The position numbers and the translations under genes are program-made. The notes under the pieces are model-generated. The model was not told the DNA's origin. It saw only the letters and a program-made list of their open reading frames with translations, and ran no database searches. Below, one piece after another: positions 1 to 10,024 of a stretch of 64,000 nucleotides of DNA (within the stretch, counting starts at the first letter, position 1; each line of letters opens with the position of its first letter). Origin of the DNA: Firmicutes bacterium UBA7510 (GTDB lineage: Bacteria; Bacillota; Clostridia; Tissierellales; Sedimentibacteraceae); NCBI GenBank assembly GCA_002479485.1, contig DLNM01000013.1, forward strand, positions 28,142 through 92,141, written 5' to 3'.

Positions 1-235
1 TAAAGACTTGAAAATAAATGATTTTAATATTGATAAATGTGAAGTTGATGTACATATTATAAGACCTACACGCATTAAAGCGGATTTAGATAATAGGTCA
101 ATAAAGTTTATACAAGATGCACTTGTGTTAAATAATGTAATTACTGAAGATAATTATACGGTAATAACTAAATTAACATATAGTGCTGAATATATAAAAG
201 GTATTCAAAAAATGATATTAACGATTAAATACTAA
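1..235 (+). CDS. RusA-family Holliday junction resolvase, phage-type (probably 5'-truncated by the window edge)
   Basis: DLDNRSIKFIQDALV..VITEDN matches the RusA D-x-D-N..K...D-A-L...D acidic motif. Confidence 0.7.
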   Translation, partial: KDLKINDFNIDKCEVDVHIIRPTRIKADLDNRSIKFIQDALVLNNVITEDNYTVITKLTYSAEYIKGIQKMILTIKY

Positions 236-262
236 TATAAAGTATGAAAGTGTGGTATTAAT

Positions 263-424
263 ATGGGGTATAAAGAGCTATTAGGCAATATCCTTGCCAT
301 GCTTAATCAGCAAGTGGATGACAATTTTGCTGGCTATTTAGATATTCAATCTGATTATTGGTTTGGGAGATTAAATGACAGTGAAGAATTAATAAAGATG
401 ATTGAAAAGATGTTAGAAGATTAA
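263..424 (+). CDS. Small phage hypothetical protein (53 aa, MGYKELLGNILAML...IEKMLED)
   Basis: ATG 263 to TAA 424, weak SD (GTGG) upstream, terminator directly after; below the ORF-track length cutoff. Confidence 0.55.
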   Translation: MGYKELLGNILAMLNQQVDDNFAGYLDIQSDYWFGRLNDSEELIKMIEKMLED

Positions 425-427
425 TTG

Positions 428-468
428 AGGGTAAGTTCAGAGAAATCTGTTCTTACCCTTTTTTTTTT
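428..468 (+). terminator. Intrinsic terminator between convergent phage genes and the integrase
   Basis: AGGGTAAG..CAGA-GAAA-TCTG..CTTACCCT followed by a long T run. Confidence 0.75.
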
Positions 469-474
469 ACTTTT

Positions 475-1692
475 TTAAGTCCAACCTATATTGTCTAAAA
501 TTTGAACAGAATTAATTTTTTGTTCTTCAATTACATGAACATAAGTATTATATGTTATACTAACACTACTATGTCCTAACAATTGTGAAATAACTTTTAT
601 ATCTTGTTTTTCTCTAAATAACTTACTAGCAAATGTATGTCTTGTCGCATGAACAGAATATTTTTTTACACCTGCTTTATTTAATATTCTATAATATATA
701 TCTCTAAAAGTATCTGGTGACATTACAGTATTAGTAGCGGTTGATATAACAAAAGAATTTTCACCAAAATATCTAATACTTTTTAAAATATTTAACGCTT
801 CAATTGCTGATTCGTTTAATGGAATCATTCTATTACTACTTTGTGTTTTAACTGTTTTTTGTATTAAAGTAGATGTCTTTCCATTCGTATCGTCTTTTTT
901 TGATTTATTTGTCGTTTTAGTCACGTTACTACAAATTGTAATGGTTTTATTCATAAAATCAACTTTGTCCCATTTTAACCCTAATAATTCGCCAATTCGG
1001 ATACCTGTATTAAATAACAAAACTACTCCAGCGCCCATAGCATAAACATATTTACCATTATTAAATTTTGATAACGAAGTATTTATTATTTTTTTTACAT
1101 CTTCATCTGGTATAATTTCTATTATTTTAGTTTCAAATTTATGAATACTTGGTAACTCTACAGAATTCATCGGATTTAATGTTATATGACGATTACTCGT
1201 TGCATATTCAAAACATGAAGTTAGTGCGTTATAAGCTTTTTTAATGGTACTATGTGATAATTTTTTGTCTTTATAAATTGGGCTAGGAGTATTCATTAAT
1301 TCATTTATAACTAATCGTTGAATCATTTCAGAATTAATTTCACCAAGTTTAAAATGTCCTATATATGGTAATATATTATTATTTACTGTATAATACAACC
1401 TATCATATGAACCATCTTTTAATTTGTTTACTCTTACATTTTCCATCCAATCTGTGATATATTTACTAAATAATAAATCTTTATGAATGACACTAATTTC
1501 AGATTTTATCATTAGTTTATAATCGTCTAATTTAGAAACTACTTCTTTTCTTTCTTTTCCATAAAAAGATTTCATAATTGCTTTTCCAGTATCTGGGTTA
1601 GTTCCTATTTGAATTTTAGCAACCCATCTACCATCTTTTCTTTTTGTAATAGAACCTTCTCCATTACCTCTTTTATGCGTTTTCTTCGCCAT
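475..1692 (-). CDS. int: Phage tyrosine integrase
   Basis: N-terminal KRGNGEGSI..RKDGRW arm-binding motif; catalytic R (GIRIGE), HATRH, LLGH and Y (YNTY); ATG at 1692 with SD GGGTGA. Confidence 0.95.
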   Translation of the reverse strand: MAKKTHKRGNGEGSITKRKDGRWVAKIQIGTNPDTGKAIMKSFYGKERKEVVSKLDDYKLMIKSEISVIHKDLLFSKYITDWMENVRVNKLKDGSYDRLYYTVNNNILPYIGHFKLGEINSEMIQRLVINELMNTPSPIYKDKKLSHSTIKKAYNALTSCFEYATSNRHITLNPMNSVELPSIHKFETKIIEIIPDEDVKKIINTSLSKFNNGKYVYAMGAGVVLLFNTGIRIGELLGLKWDKVDFMNKTITICSNVTKTTNKSKKDDTNGKTSTLIQKTVKTQSSNRMIPLNESAIEALNILKSIRYFGENSFVISTATNTVMSPDTFRDIYYRILNKAGVKKYSVHATRHTFASKLFREKQDIKVISQLLGHSSVSITYNTYVHVIEEQKINSVQILDNIGWT

Positions 1693-1742
1693 TTTTATCA
1701 CCCATTTGTATCTTATAATATATAAATATGAATGTCAAGAAA

Positions 1743-1765
1743 AATGACACTAATTTTGACACTAA
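1743..1765. repeat. Putative integrase arm-type binding repeats (TGACACTAA x2)
   Basis: TGACACTAA at 1745-1753 and 1757-1765; identical 14-mer AATGACACTAATTT at 1743-1756 and 1486-1499. Confidence 0.6.
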
Positions 1766-1804
1766 ATGCGTAGGTTTATATAGGTTTTTTTAAATATAAA
1801 TAAA

Positions 1805-1847
1805 TAAAAAAACATCTTACTCTATTTTAAAAAATAAGATGTTTTTT
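1805..1847 (-). terminator. Terminator downstream of tRNA-Sec
   Basis: 13-bp inverted repeat AAAAAACATCTTA/TAAGATGTTTTTT. Confidence 0.6.
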
Positions 1848-1888
1848 GAGATGTGTATAAATAATGTTTAAATTTCAATGTTATTATA

Positions 1889-1986
1889 TGGCGGGAATAT
1901 GTGGGAATCGAACCCACCTAGGACGCTATTAACGCCCAACAACTGGTGTTGAAGACCAGGGGGCACACCAGCACCCATCTACTCCC
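1889..1986 (-). tRNA. selC: tRNA-Sec (anticodon UCA)
   Basis: GGGAGTAG-AT-GGGTGC TGGT GTGCCC (6-bp D stem, 4-nt loop), CTGGT CTTCAAC ACCAG, long variable arm, GTGGG TTCGATT CCCAC, G73-CCA; next to selB/A/D. Confidence 0.97.
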
Positions 1987-1998
1987 ATATTTTAATCA

Positions 1999-2046
1999 TA
2001 TATCCAGGACATATGATATATTATCATATGTCTTAGATATAATCAA
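1999..2046 (-). promoter_or_regulatory. Probable sigmaA promoter of selC overlapped by a long inverted repeat
   Basis: TTGATT-17-TAATAT with extended TG; inverted repeat TATATCCAGGACATATGATA/TATCATATGTCTTAGATATA. Confidence 0.5.
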
Positions 2047-2068
2047 CTGTAAAATTCTGTGAATTTTT

Positions 2069-2758
2069 TTAATTGTTATTATTCCTAAAATAGTATCCTG
2101 AACCCCACTTTGTAAGTATATACTCATAGTTTTCAGATTTCTTCTCTATTTTTTCTCTTAATCGTCTAATATGAACGTCTACAGTCCTTAAATCACCAAA
2201 ATATTCATATCCCCATATTATTTCTAGAAGTTCTTCACGGGAATATATTCTACCGGGGTTTGTAGCAAGCAATAAAAGTAAATCAAATTCCTTAGCTGTT
2301 AAGTTAATTTCTTTATTATTTATACTTACTTTACGTCCTAATGTGTTGATAACAAAGTCATCGGCTAATATAGTCTGTTCATTTGTTTTTTGGTTATTAA
2401 ATTTTGTTCTTCTCAAAATTGCCTTAATTCTAGCTTTTAATTCAAGAATGTTATATGGCTTTGTTACATAATCATCAGCACCATACTCTAATCCAAGTAT
2501 TTTATTCATATCTTCGCATTTGGAAGTTAATAAAATTATAGGTGTATTGCATTTTTCTCTAATTCTTTGACAAACCTCTAGCCCATCAATATCTGGTAAA
2601 ACTAGCTCTAGTATTATCATATCAAATTCATCATTAGAAATTATTTTTAAGGCACTCATACCATCAGCTACGGACACTATCTCATAGCCATCCTGCTCTA
2701 AGCTATATCTAAGATTTTTTACTGATATAAGCTCATTATCAACTAATAACACCTTCAT
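2069..2758 (-). CDS. OmpR/PhoB-family response regulator, atypical receiver (Asp to Glu)
   Basis: Receiver plus winged helix (GADDYVTKP, RTVDVHIRRLREKIE); start MKVLLVD at 2758 with SD GGGGAG; promoter TTGACA-17-TACTAT at 2857-2829. Confidence 0.92.
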   Translation of the reverse strand: MKVLLVDNELISVKNLRYSLEQDGYEIVSVADGMSALKIISNDEFDMIILELVLPDIDGLEVCQRIREKCNTPIILLTSKCEDMNKILGLEYGADDYVTKPYNILELKARIKAILRRTKFNNQKTNEQTILADDFVINTLGRKVSINNKEINLTAKEFDLLLLLATNPGRIYSREELLEIIWGYEYFGDLRTVDVHIRRLREKIEKKSENYEYILTKWGSGYYFRNNNN

Positions 2759-2892
2759 TTTTACTCTCCCCCAAGACTTAATTTGAAATTTTCTTAATAT
2801 TTTTATTACAAAAAATACACTTTTATATATAGTACCTTTTGCTAATCCTTTTGTCAAGTGTTTATAAACTTAACAAAATTAATTAAGTTTGC

Positions 2893-4809
2893 TTAATTTA
2901 ACTTATTTAAGACTCTATCATTTTCGGATCGTTTAGTAATTTTACAATTATCGAAATACTCAAGAAGTGTAATCGCACTCTTTCTATTTGTATTTAGTAA
3001 GTCTCTATATTCAGCAGCAGAAATTTTATTATTTTTTTGCAAATACTCTATTAATAATGATTTAGCTGTATTAATTATACTACTTGATGAAAAAGTATCA
3101 TCTGCTACCTTTATAACTTCTCCAGCTTCCATCATTGTTGTTAAAATATCTTCAGAGCTCATTTTATCATTATCAAGCTCTAGTATTTGACTTAACTTGA
3201 CAAAATTATATTCTGATGAAGCAATTAATTTTTCTATCTTTCCTTTAATTATGTTGTATTTATCATCTATTTTGATTGTAAAACCAACTATACTTAAGAA
3301 GTCACTACTTTGACTTAATTGGTTATTTGAAATCATATTATTAATTATTTCGTCAAAAACATTCTGTTTTATTTTACTAAAAAACTTGCTTTTTATCTCT
3401 GATTTTTTTATTCCATTTTTGTATGGATTTTTCTTGTGAAATTCCTCTATATATTTTACTATTTTGCTTTCAATATCATTTTCATAAGATTTATGCCAAA
3501 TATACATATCATTTTTAAGCTTAAATACTGTTATTTTATTTTCTTTTTCAAGCTCAATGACATTATTGTTTATTTCTTCAATAGACATGGCAGTAATTTT
3601 AGCGAGCTCATTTATAGATGGAATTATGGCGCTGTTTTCTTTTATTATATTTTCTATAACATCTGTATGAGAGCCTTGTTCCTTAACCATCAAATCCTCA
3701 ATTAATTTATCATCTGCTCTAGTCTTTTTAAGTGGCACAGGCTCGATAATTTCTCCACCACCAACAGTTTCCATAGGTGAATAAAATCTTACTATAAATT
3801 TATCTCCCCTTCTTACAGCAACTTCTTCCTCTAGTCTAAGCTGAGCATAGCAGCTTTCTCCTGGAGTCAATTGTTCCTTGTCTAGTAAAACAATTCTACA
3901 CAAAATTTCACTTGTTCCTGTATATAGGTGTAGTCTGCTTCTGTTTTCCACAATACGCTTTGAAGATTTGAGTAAATTTATTTTTACATCAAGCATCATA
4001 GTATTTTTCATACTATTTATCGGAGCAATAACACAGCCTCTGTAAAGTTCAGATTTTTTTATATTAGATAGATTTATTGCGGCTCTTTGGCCTGCATAGC
4101 AAGTGTCTGCATCAGTATTATGTACCTGAATGTTTCTAACTTTACAGATTTTATTTATAGGATAAATTTCAAGCTCATCGCCTTTTTTTATTTGTCCTGA
4201 TATAAGTGTTCCGGTTATTACAGTACCAAACCCTGATATAGTAAAGGCTCTGTCTATCGGCAATCTTGGTATAGTATTAATATCTCTTTCCTCGACTGTA
4301 TCACTTGTCATGCTCTGTATTAGCTCAATTAGATTATCTATCCCTTGTCTAGTAACTGAGGAAACCTCTATCATTGGTGAATTACTTAAAAAAGTATCCT
4401 TTAATTCATCCTTTATATCTTCCTTAACAAGTTCCAGCCAATCAGAATCAACCAAGTCACATTTTGTTAATACAACTATACCATTTTTAATTCCAAGTAA
4501 ATTAAGAATATTAATATGCTCCTCTGTTTGTGGCATTATTCCTTCATCTGCTGCAATTACAAGCAAAACTAAATCCATACCAATAACACCAGCAAGCATG
4601 TTTTTTATGAATTTTTCATGTCCCGGAACATCAATAATCCCTATTCTATTTTTATTAGGTAAATCAAAATAAGCAAAGCCTAAGTCAATTGTAATTCCAC
4701 GCTTTTTCTCTTCTTCCCACCTATCAGTCTCCTTACCTGTTAGGGCTTTAATTAATGTTGTTTTACCATGATCAATATGACCTGCAGTTCCTACAATTAT
4801 GTTCTTCAT
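2893..4809 (-). CDS. selB: Selenocysteine-specific elongation factor SelB
   Basis: [27 protein letters not shown]-terminal winged helix [12 protein letters not shown]. Confidence 0.98.
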   Translation of the reverse strand: MKNIIVGTAGHIDHGKTTLIKALTGKETDRWEEEKKRGITIDLGFAYFDLPNKNRIGIIDVPGHEKFIKNMLAGVIGMDLVLLVIAADEGIMPQTEEHINILNLLGIKNGIVVLTKCDLVDSDWLELVKEDIKDELKDTFLSNSPMIEVSSVTRQGIDNLIELIQSMTSDTVEERDINTIPRLPIDRAFTISGFGTVITGTLISGQIKKGDELEIYPINKICKVRNIQVHNTDADTCYAGQRAAINLSNIKKSELYRGCVIAPINSMKNTMMLDVKINLLKSSKRIVENRSRLHLYTGTSEILCRIVLLDKEQLTPGESCYAQLRLEEEVAVRRGDKFIVRFYSPMETVGGGEIIEPVPLKKTRADDKLIEDLMVKEQGSHTDVIENIIKENSAIIPSINELAKITAMSIEEINNNVIELEKENKITVFKLKNDMYIWHKSYENDIESKIVKYIEEFHKKNPYKNGIKKSEIKSKFFSKIKQNVFDEIINNMISNNQLSQSSDFLSIVGFTIKIDDKYNIIKGKIEKLIASSEYNFVKLSQILELDNDKMSSEDILTTMMEAGEVIKVADDTFSSSSIINTAKSLLIEYLQKNNKISAAEYRDLLNTNRKSAITLLEYFDNCKITKRSENDRVLNKLN

Positions 4810-4834
4810 ATAAACTTATTCCCTTTCACTAACT

Positions 4835-6232
4835 CTAACCTAAAGCATTTATTATAATATTTGATAATATATCTATTTCAGATTCATTTATAGTTCTTAA
4901 ATCTATTATAGCTTTATCATTAGCAATTCTAATTATAACTGGTATCTCTGAATATCTTAATCTCTTTTCTAATAATGCTGTAGTAATATTATTTGGCTTT
5001 ATAGCAACACATTTACTGTTTATTCTTTCTAATGGCAATGAACCTCCGCCAATTTGAGATAAACAGTCCTCAATTTGAATGTTGGCACTATTAAGTGCAG
5101 GTTTAATCTTATCATATAATAAATTAGCTAATCTATTAACCTCTTCAATATCCTTAACTATCATGTTTAACACTGGTATATTTTTTATAGCATTTTCTTC
5201 ATCAATATATTCATGGAAAACAGCTTCTAATGCTGTAGCAGTAAATTTATCAATTCTTATAGCTCTAGTCAATGGATTTTTTTTCATTTTATTAATGTAC
5301 TCTTTTTTACCTACTATTATACCTGCTTGCGGACCACCTAAAAGTTTATCACCGCTAAAGCATACAACATCAGCGCCATTTTTTATTGACTCCTGTACAG
5401 TAGGTTCATATGTTAGTCCATATTTGCTAAGATCAATTAAAACTCCACTGCCTATATCCTCTATCAAAGGAATATTATGTTTTTTGCTAAGGTCTGATAA
5501 TTCCTTAATAGTAACACTTTCAGTAAATCCAACTATCTTATAATTGCTTGTATGAACCTTTAATAGTGCGGCTGTTTCCTCAGTTATGGCATTTTCATAA
5601 TCTCTTAGGTGAGTTTTATTGGTTGTACCTATTTCAACCAGAGTTGAACCACTTTGAGCCATAACATCAGGTACTCTAAAAGAACCACCAATTTCTACTA
5701 GCTCTCCTCTTGATACTATAACCTCTTTATTTTTTGCCATTGTACTAAGTATAAGCATAACTGCAGCTGCGTTGTTATTAACAGCCATTGCAGCCTCTGC
5801 TCCTGTTATTCTACATACAATATCTTCGAAGTGAGAATATCTTTCACCTCTCTCACCTTTTTCAATATCATACTCAAGGTTAGAATATCCTGTAACAATT
5901 TCCTTTAATCTATCTGCAATTTTTTCAGATATTACTGCTCTTCCTAGGTTAGTATGAAGTATTGTTCCTGTTCCATTTATAACCTTTCTCATATTTAATG
6001 CTGTAGTTTTTTTGAACTTAACAACTATATCATCAATTAAGCTTTTAATTTTACTAGTTATTTCATTTTCAGAACTGCTGTTAGTAATAAATTCTCTTAA
6101 CTCATCAGTTTTTTCTCTTACAATATCAATAACAAGATCTCTATCGTTATTTTCTATTAAGTTTTTTATTCTTTCATCTTCTATTAAAATATCAACCTTT
6201 GGAATATTTCTAAAATAAATATTTTTATCCAT
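4835..6232 (-). CDS. selA: L-seryl-tRNA(Sec) selenium transferase
   Basis: INGTGTILHTNLGRA, SRGELVEIGGSFR, FSGDKLLGGPQAG (PLP lysine). Confidence 0.98.
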   Translation of the reverse strand: MDKNIYFRNIPKVDILIEDERIKNLIENNDRDLVIDIVREKTDELREFITNSSSENEITSKIKSLIDDIVVKFKKTTALNMRKVINGTGTILHTNLGRAVISEKIADRLKEIVTGYSNLEYDIEKGERGERYSHFEDIVCRITGAEAAMAVNNNAAAVMLILSTMAKNKEVIVSRGELVEIGGSFRVPDVMAQSGSTLVEIGTTNKTHLRDYENAITEETAALLKVHTSNYKIVGFTESVTIKELSDLSKKHNIPLIEDIGSGVLIDLSKYGLTYEPTVQESIKNGADVVCFSGDKLLGGPQAGIIVGKKEYINKMKKNPLTRAIRIDKFTATALEAVFHEYIDEENAIKNIPVLNMIVKDIEEVNRLANLLYDKIKPALNSANIQIEDCLSQIGGGSLPLERINSKCVAIKPNNITTALLEKRLRYSEIPVIIRIANDKAIIDLRTINESEIDILSNIIINALG

Positions 6233-6302
6233 TACACTACCCTTCTCAATTAATTATTTAGTTTCAACTTTTTGAAACTTTTGACTTTGTTGAAACTTTC
6301 AA

Positions 6303-7352
6303 CTAGTTATAACTTAGGTGTATAAATTTTTCTTTCTTTTCAACAACCCTACCTATTACAGCGAATTTTGTATCAAGTCCTTTAACTTTCATATCATTTA
6401 TGATATTCTCAGCTTCATTTTCACTAACACTAATAAGCAATCCGCCTGAGGTTTGTGGGTCAAAAAATAAATCTATATATGATTCCTCTACATTATTATA
6501 TTCAACTTTGCCCTTAAAATAATCCATATTTTTATATGCACCAGCTGGTACTAAGCCCATCTCGGCATATTCAATCACATTAGAAATAATAGGTACATTA
6601 TTAACATTAATTTCAAATGTAACATTACTTCCCTCTGCCATTTCTATACTATGTCCAATAAGTCCAAAGCCTGTAATATCAGTACAGCTACTAATATTAT
6701 AGTTTTCAATAACTTCTTTTGCTTTTTTATTTAAAGATGTCATAACAGTTATTGCTTCATCGATTATTTCTTTTGAAGCCATATCAGCCTTTACTGCTGT
6801 ATTTACAATACCCGAGCCAATTTGTTTAGTTAGTATTAAAACATCTCCCGGTTTTGCACCGTAATTTTTAAGTATTTTATTTGGATTAACAAAACCTGTA
6901 ACGCATAAGCCATACTTTGGCTCGTCATCCTCTATGGAATGTCCACCAGCTAAAGTAGCTCCAGCCTCAATAACCTTAGAGGCACCACCGCTTAATATAT
7001 CAGCCATCACCGAAGGATCTAAGCAATTTGGAAATCCTATAATATTTAAAGCAAGCCTTGGTTCTCCACCCATAGCATACACATCACTAAGTGAATTTGC
7101 TGCTGCAATTTGTCCAAAAATATATGGATCATCAACTACAGGTGTAAAAAAATCTACAGTTTGTATCATTGCAATATCATCAGTTATTTTATAAACAGCT
7201 GCATCATCAGATGTTTCTATTCCAACTATTAAATTATCATCTTTAAATTTAGGTAATTTGCACAAAACTTGTGCAAGGGTCTCAGGACCAATCTTAGCAG
7301 CTCAGCCTGCAGTTTTTGTCATTTGTGTCAATTTAATTTCTTTTGTACTCAT
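6303..7352 (-). CDS. selD: Selenide, water dikinase SelD; selenoprotein (Sec17)
   Basis: True start ATG 7352 (SD GGAGGT): MSTKEIKLTQMTKTAG-U-AAKIGP with in-frame TGA at 7304-7302; DDAAVY, DFFTP, DPQTSGGLL; the ORF track is truncated at the UGA. Confidence 0.97.
7272..7301 (-). promoter_or_regulatory. SECIS element of selD
   Basis: After UGA: UGC-U-AAG-AUU-GGUC-CUGA-GACC-CUU-GCA stem-loop. Confidence 0.75.
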
Positions 7353-7362
7353 TTTAACCTCC

Positions 7363-7483
7363 AATTATGCTATAGTCTCGATAGTCGAGACATTGTAGTG
7401 GCATTATAAAAAATAATGAAAAATCGTTTTTTGATTTTTCCAAGCGTGAAATTCATTTCACGCTGTGAATTACCTTCACGCTA
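7363..7483 (-). repeat. Modular hairpin element, copy A (before the selD SD)
   Basis: AGCGTGAA..TTCACGCT hairpins, GAAAAATC-A6C-GATTTTTC hairpin, ATGCCACTACAATGTCTCGA-CTA-TCGAGACTATAGCATAAT, then GGAGG. Confidence 0.85.
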
Positions 7484-7487
7484 CCAC

Positions 7488-8117
7488 CTATTCTACAGTT
7501 ATATAATCTTTTATTTGTTCAAAGGTTTTGTCTCCAATACCTTTAACATTTTTTATATCTTCTATACTATTAAATTTTTTATCCTGTCTATACTCAATAA
7601 TTCTCTGAGCAAAGGCTTCACCTATGCCTTTTAAAGTGATTAATTGATTTTTAGTTGCAGTATTTATATTAATTTTACCAGTAGGTGTATTAATATTCTC
7701 GTCATTGTTTAAATTACTATTTACTTCAATAGAAGTAACATCATCTCCAATTTTAGGAATATATAATTTTTCCTCATCTTGTAAAATTCTAGCTTTATTT
7801 ATATGTTTTGATACATAATCTGCATTTACATCTTCTGTAAATCCACCTGCTGCATCAATTGCATCATTTACCCTCTCGCCTTCATTTAATTCATATATTC
7901 CAGGATTTTTGACAGCACCATCTATATCTACAAATATTGTAGATATTTCTTGGACATTTTCTTCATCTTCTTTATTTTCTACTATATCTTGTTCTTCCTC
8001 GTTTGGCAATACAGCTTCATCATTGTTTTCACCTATTATATAACCAAAAACAGTTATTAATACAATAACAATTATTGCCAACAAAATAAGCCCCTTCTTA
8101 TATATATCCTTGTTCAT
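7488..8117 (-). CDS. comEA: ComEA-family DNA-binding competence protein
   Basis: N-terminal TM, SLBB domain (VDIDGAVKNPGIY), HhH motifs (KININTA..LKGIG, VKGIGDKT). Confidence 0.93.
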   Translation of the reverse strand: MNKDIYKKGLILLAIIVIVLITVFGYIIGENNDEAVLPNEEEQDIVENKEDEENVQEISTIFVDIDGAVKNPGIYELNEGERVNDAIDAAGGFTEDVNADYVSKHINKARILQDEEKLYIPKIGDDVTSIEVNSNLNNDENINTPTGKININTATKNQLITLKGIGEAFAQRIIEYRQDKKFNSIEDIKNVKGIGDKTFEQIKDYITVE

Positions 8118-8307
8118 ATATACCCCCATATATAATTAACACTTATCAAACTAAATACATTATACACAAAAAACTAAAAAATTACAAAATTTTTAATTTT
8201 AATTTTGCTTTTTTTCTGCTATAATACTCTTTATGAGGTAAAACTTAACTAATATTTTTTCTTTAATTTAACTTTATTCGACATAACACACAAATTAGGA
8301 GTTAATA

Positions 8308-9606
8308 ATGCTTAAAAAATTCATAACCTTTTTAATATTCATTCTTTTTATTTCGTTAAATATTACACCGGTTTATGCAGTAACCACTAATTGTGGAGCA
8401 GCATTGCTTTTTGAATTAAATACACAAAATACATTGTATGAGAGTAAAGCTAACCAAAAAATGTATCCAGCAAGTATTACAAAAATTATGACTGCAGCAA
8501 TAGCATTAGAGCTAGGCAATCTAGATGATAAAATTACTGTGGATGATGATACACCATATGAAATCTACGGTAGTCACATAGCCTTAGAGCCTGGCGAAGT
8601 ATTAACGCTTAAAGATTTACTATATGCTCTTATACTTCCTTCTGCGAATGATGCTGCCTCTGTTATAGCTAAACATTATAGTGGTGACATAGAAAGTTTT
8701 GTAAAGCTAATGAATGAAAAAGCAAAGGAAATTGGAGCAACAAACACTCATTTTGCTAATCCTCACGGTTTACATGACGATAATCACTACACTACCGCAG
8801 CAGATTTAGCTAAAATAGTGACATATGCTATGAAAAATGAAACTTTTAGAGAGATTATAAAAACTCCTAGATATGAAATACCTGCAACCAATAAAAAAGA
8901 ACCCAGAGCTATTATAACTACAAACAACTTACTTCTAAATACATCACCAAGTTATATTTTAGTAAATAATAAATGGGTTACTAGAGAATATGAAGGTGCT
9001 GCTGGGGTTAAAACAGGCTATACACCTGAAGCAGGTAATTGTTTGATATCATATGTTGAAAAGAATGGTATTGAACTTGTAGCAATTGTACTAAACGGAA
9101 CAGGTACTGATGTATATACAGATACTCATAACCTATTAAATTATGGGTTTGATAATTTTGAAGTAAAAAATATGATTAAAGCAAATGAGTTTGTTCAAGA
9201 TTTAGATGTTTTAGAAAATTCAGAAAAACTACCTCTTGTAACAAAAAATAATGTAAGTATTATTATAGAAAAAGGAACTACTCCGGATATAAAAACCGAT
9301 GTAACTATGTTTGATATTTCTCTGCCTATTAAAAAGGGAGATTCCTTAGGTAAGCTTGAATATAAAATAGATAATAAAGTTGTTGGTAGTACAGATATTA
9401 TATCAACAAAGTCAGTAGCATCAATTAAAAACACTAATATGAGTAATAAAAAAAATGATGATTCTAAGTTACCAACATGGCTAAAAATAATTATTGCTGT
9501 TCTTATAGCAGTATTGACTTTAAGAATCTACAATAAAATTAGAGTTTATGTTATAAAACAAAAAAGAAAAAAACGCAGAAAGAAAATGCGACAAGAAGGA
9601 TTATAA
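8308..9606 (+). CDS. dacA: D-alanyl-D-alanine carboxypeptidase (S11)
   Basis: Signal peptide, PASITK (SxxK), SAN (SxN), KTG, C-terminal TM anchor. Confidence 0.92.
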   Translation: MLKKFITFLIFILFISLNITPVYAVTTNCGAALLFELNTQNTLYESKANQKMYPASITKIMTAAIALELGNLDDKITVDDDTPYEIYGSHIALEPGEVLTLKDLLYALILPSANDAASVIAKHYSGDIESFVKLMNEKAKEIGATNTHFANPHGLHDDNHYTTAADLAKIVTYAMKNETFREIIKTPRYEIPATNKKEPRAIITTNNLLLNTSPSYILVNNKWVTREYEGAAGVKTGYTPEAGNCLISYVEKNGIELVAIVLNGTGTDVYTDTHNLLNYGFDNFEVKNMIKANEFVQDLDVLENSEKLPLVTKNNVSIIIEKGTTPDIKTDVTMFDISLPIKKGDSLGKLEYKIDNKVVGSTDIISTKSVASIKNTNMSNKKNDDSKLPTWLKIIIAVLIAVLTLRIYNKIRVYVIKQKRKKRRKKMRQEGL

Positions 9607-9621
9607 TAAGAAATTGCTCAT

Positions 9622-9654
9622 AAAAAAAGGACGTATACAATGCACGTCCTTTTT
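9622..9654. terminator. Bidirectional terminator dacA/rsfS
   Basis: AAAAAGGACGT..ACGTCCTTTTT between convergent genes. Confidence 0.8.
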
Positions 9655-9655
9655 A

Positions 9656-10024
9656 TTATTTCCAATTTTTTATTCCAAAATTTTCGGAATCAATAAATTC
9701 TCCTTCATTCCATAAAGTTTCTAGATCATATATATCTCTTTCATCTCTATGAAAAATATGAACAAATATATTATCCACATCTAATAAAATCCATCTACCA
9801 GTGCTAAATCCTTCTTTATGATAAACCTTGTATCCAGCCTTTTCTGCTTTAAATTCAACCTCATCAGCTATTGCCTGCGTTTGTCTATCACTATTTCCAC
9901 TACATATAATAAAATAATCACATATAGAGCTAATTTTTGAAATGTCTATTATAGTAAAGTTATAACCTTTTTTATCATCACATGCACTTAAAATAGTCTT
10001 AATTTTGTCGTTTATTTCTATCAA
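9656..10024 (-). CDS. rsfS: Ribosome silencing factor RsfS
   Basis: DKKG..I..IDI, DYFIICSG.S.RQ..AIAD, WILLD, R..YDLE.LW. Confidence 0.95.
   Translation of the reverse strand: MIEINDKIKTILSACDDKKGYNFTIIDISKISSICDYFIICSGNSDRQTQAIADEVEFKAEKAGYKVYHKEGFSTGRWILLDVDNIFVHIFHRDERDIYDLETLWNEGEFIDSENFGIKNWK

Larger units (their letters stand above)
1..1888. mobile_element. End of a prophage/integrative element inserted at the 3' end of tRNA-Sec
   Basis: Integrase starts about 200 bp past the tRNA CCA end; RusA-like gene; repeats resembling integrase arm sites; the other att site is outside the window. Confidence 0.8.

Noticed and set aside
2759..2857. ORF-track N-terminal extensions (response regulator; likewise rng, TIGR03936-like, scfB, lipoprotein, ATPase)
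   Set aside because: Downstream starts have good SDs and match family N-termini; the extensions run through promoters or repeats.
7416..7634. ORF-track 72-aa ORF MKNRFLIF...
   Set aside because: Starts inside repeat copy A and runs antisense to comEA; the same start appears in copy C, so it is a repeat artefact.
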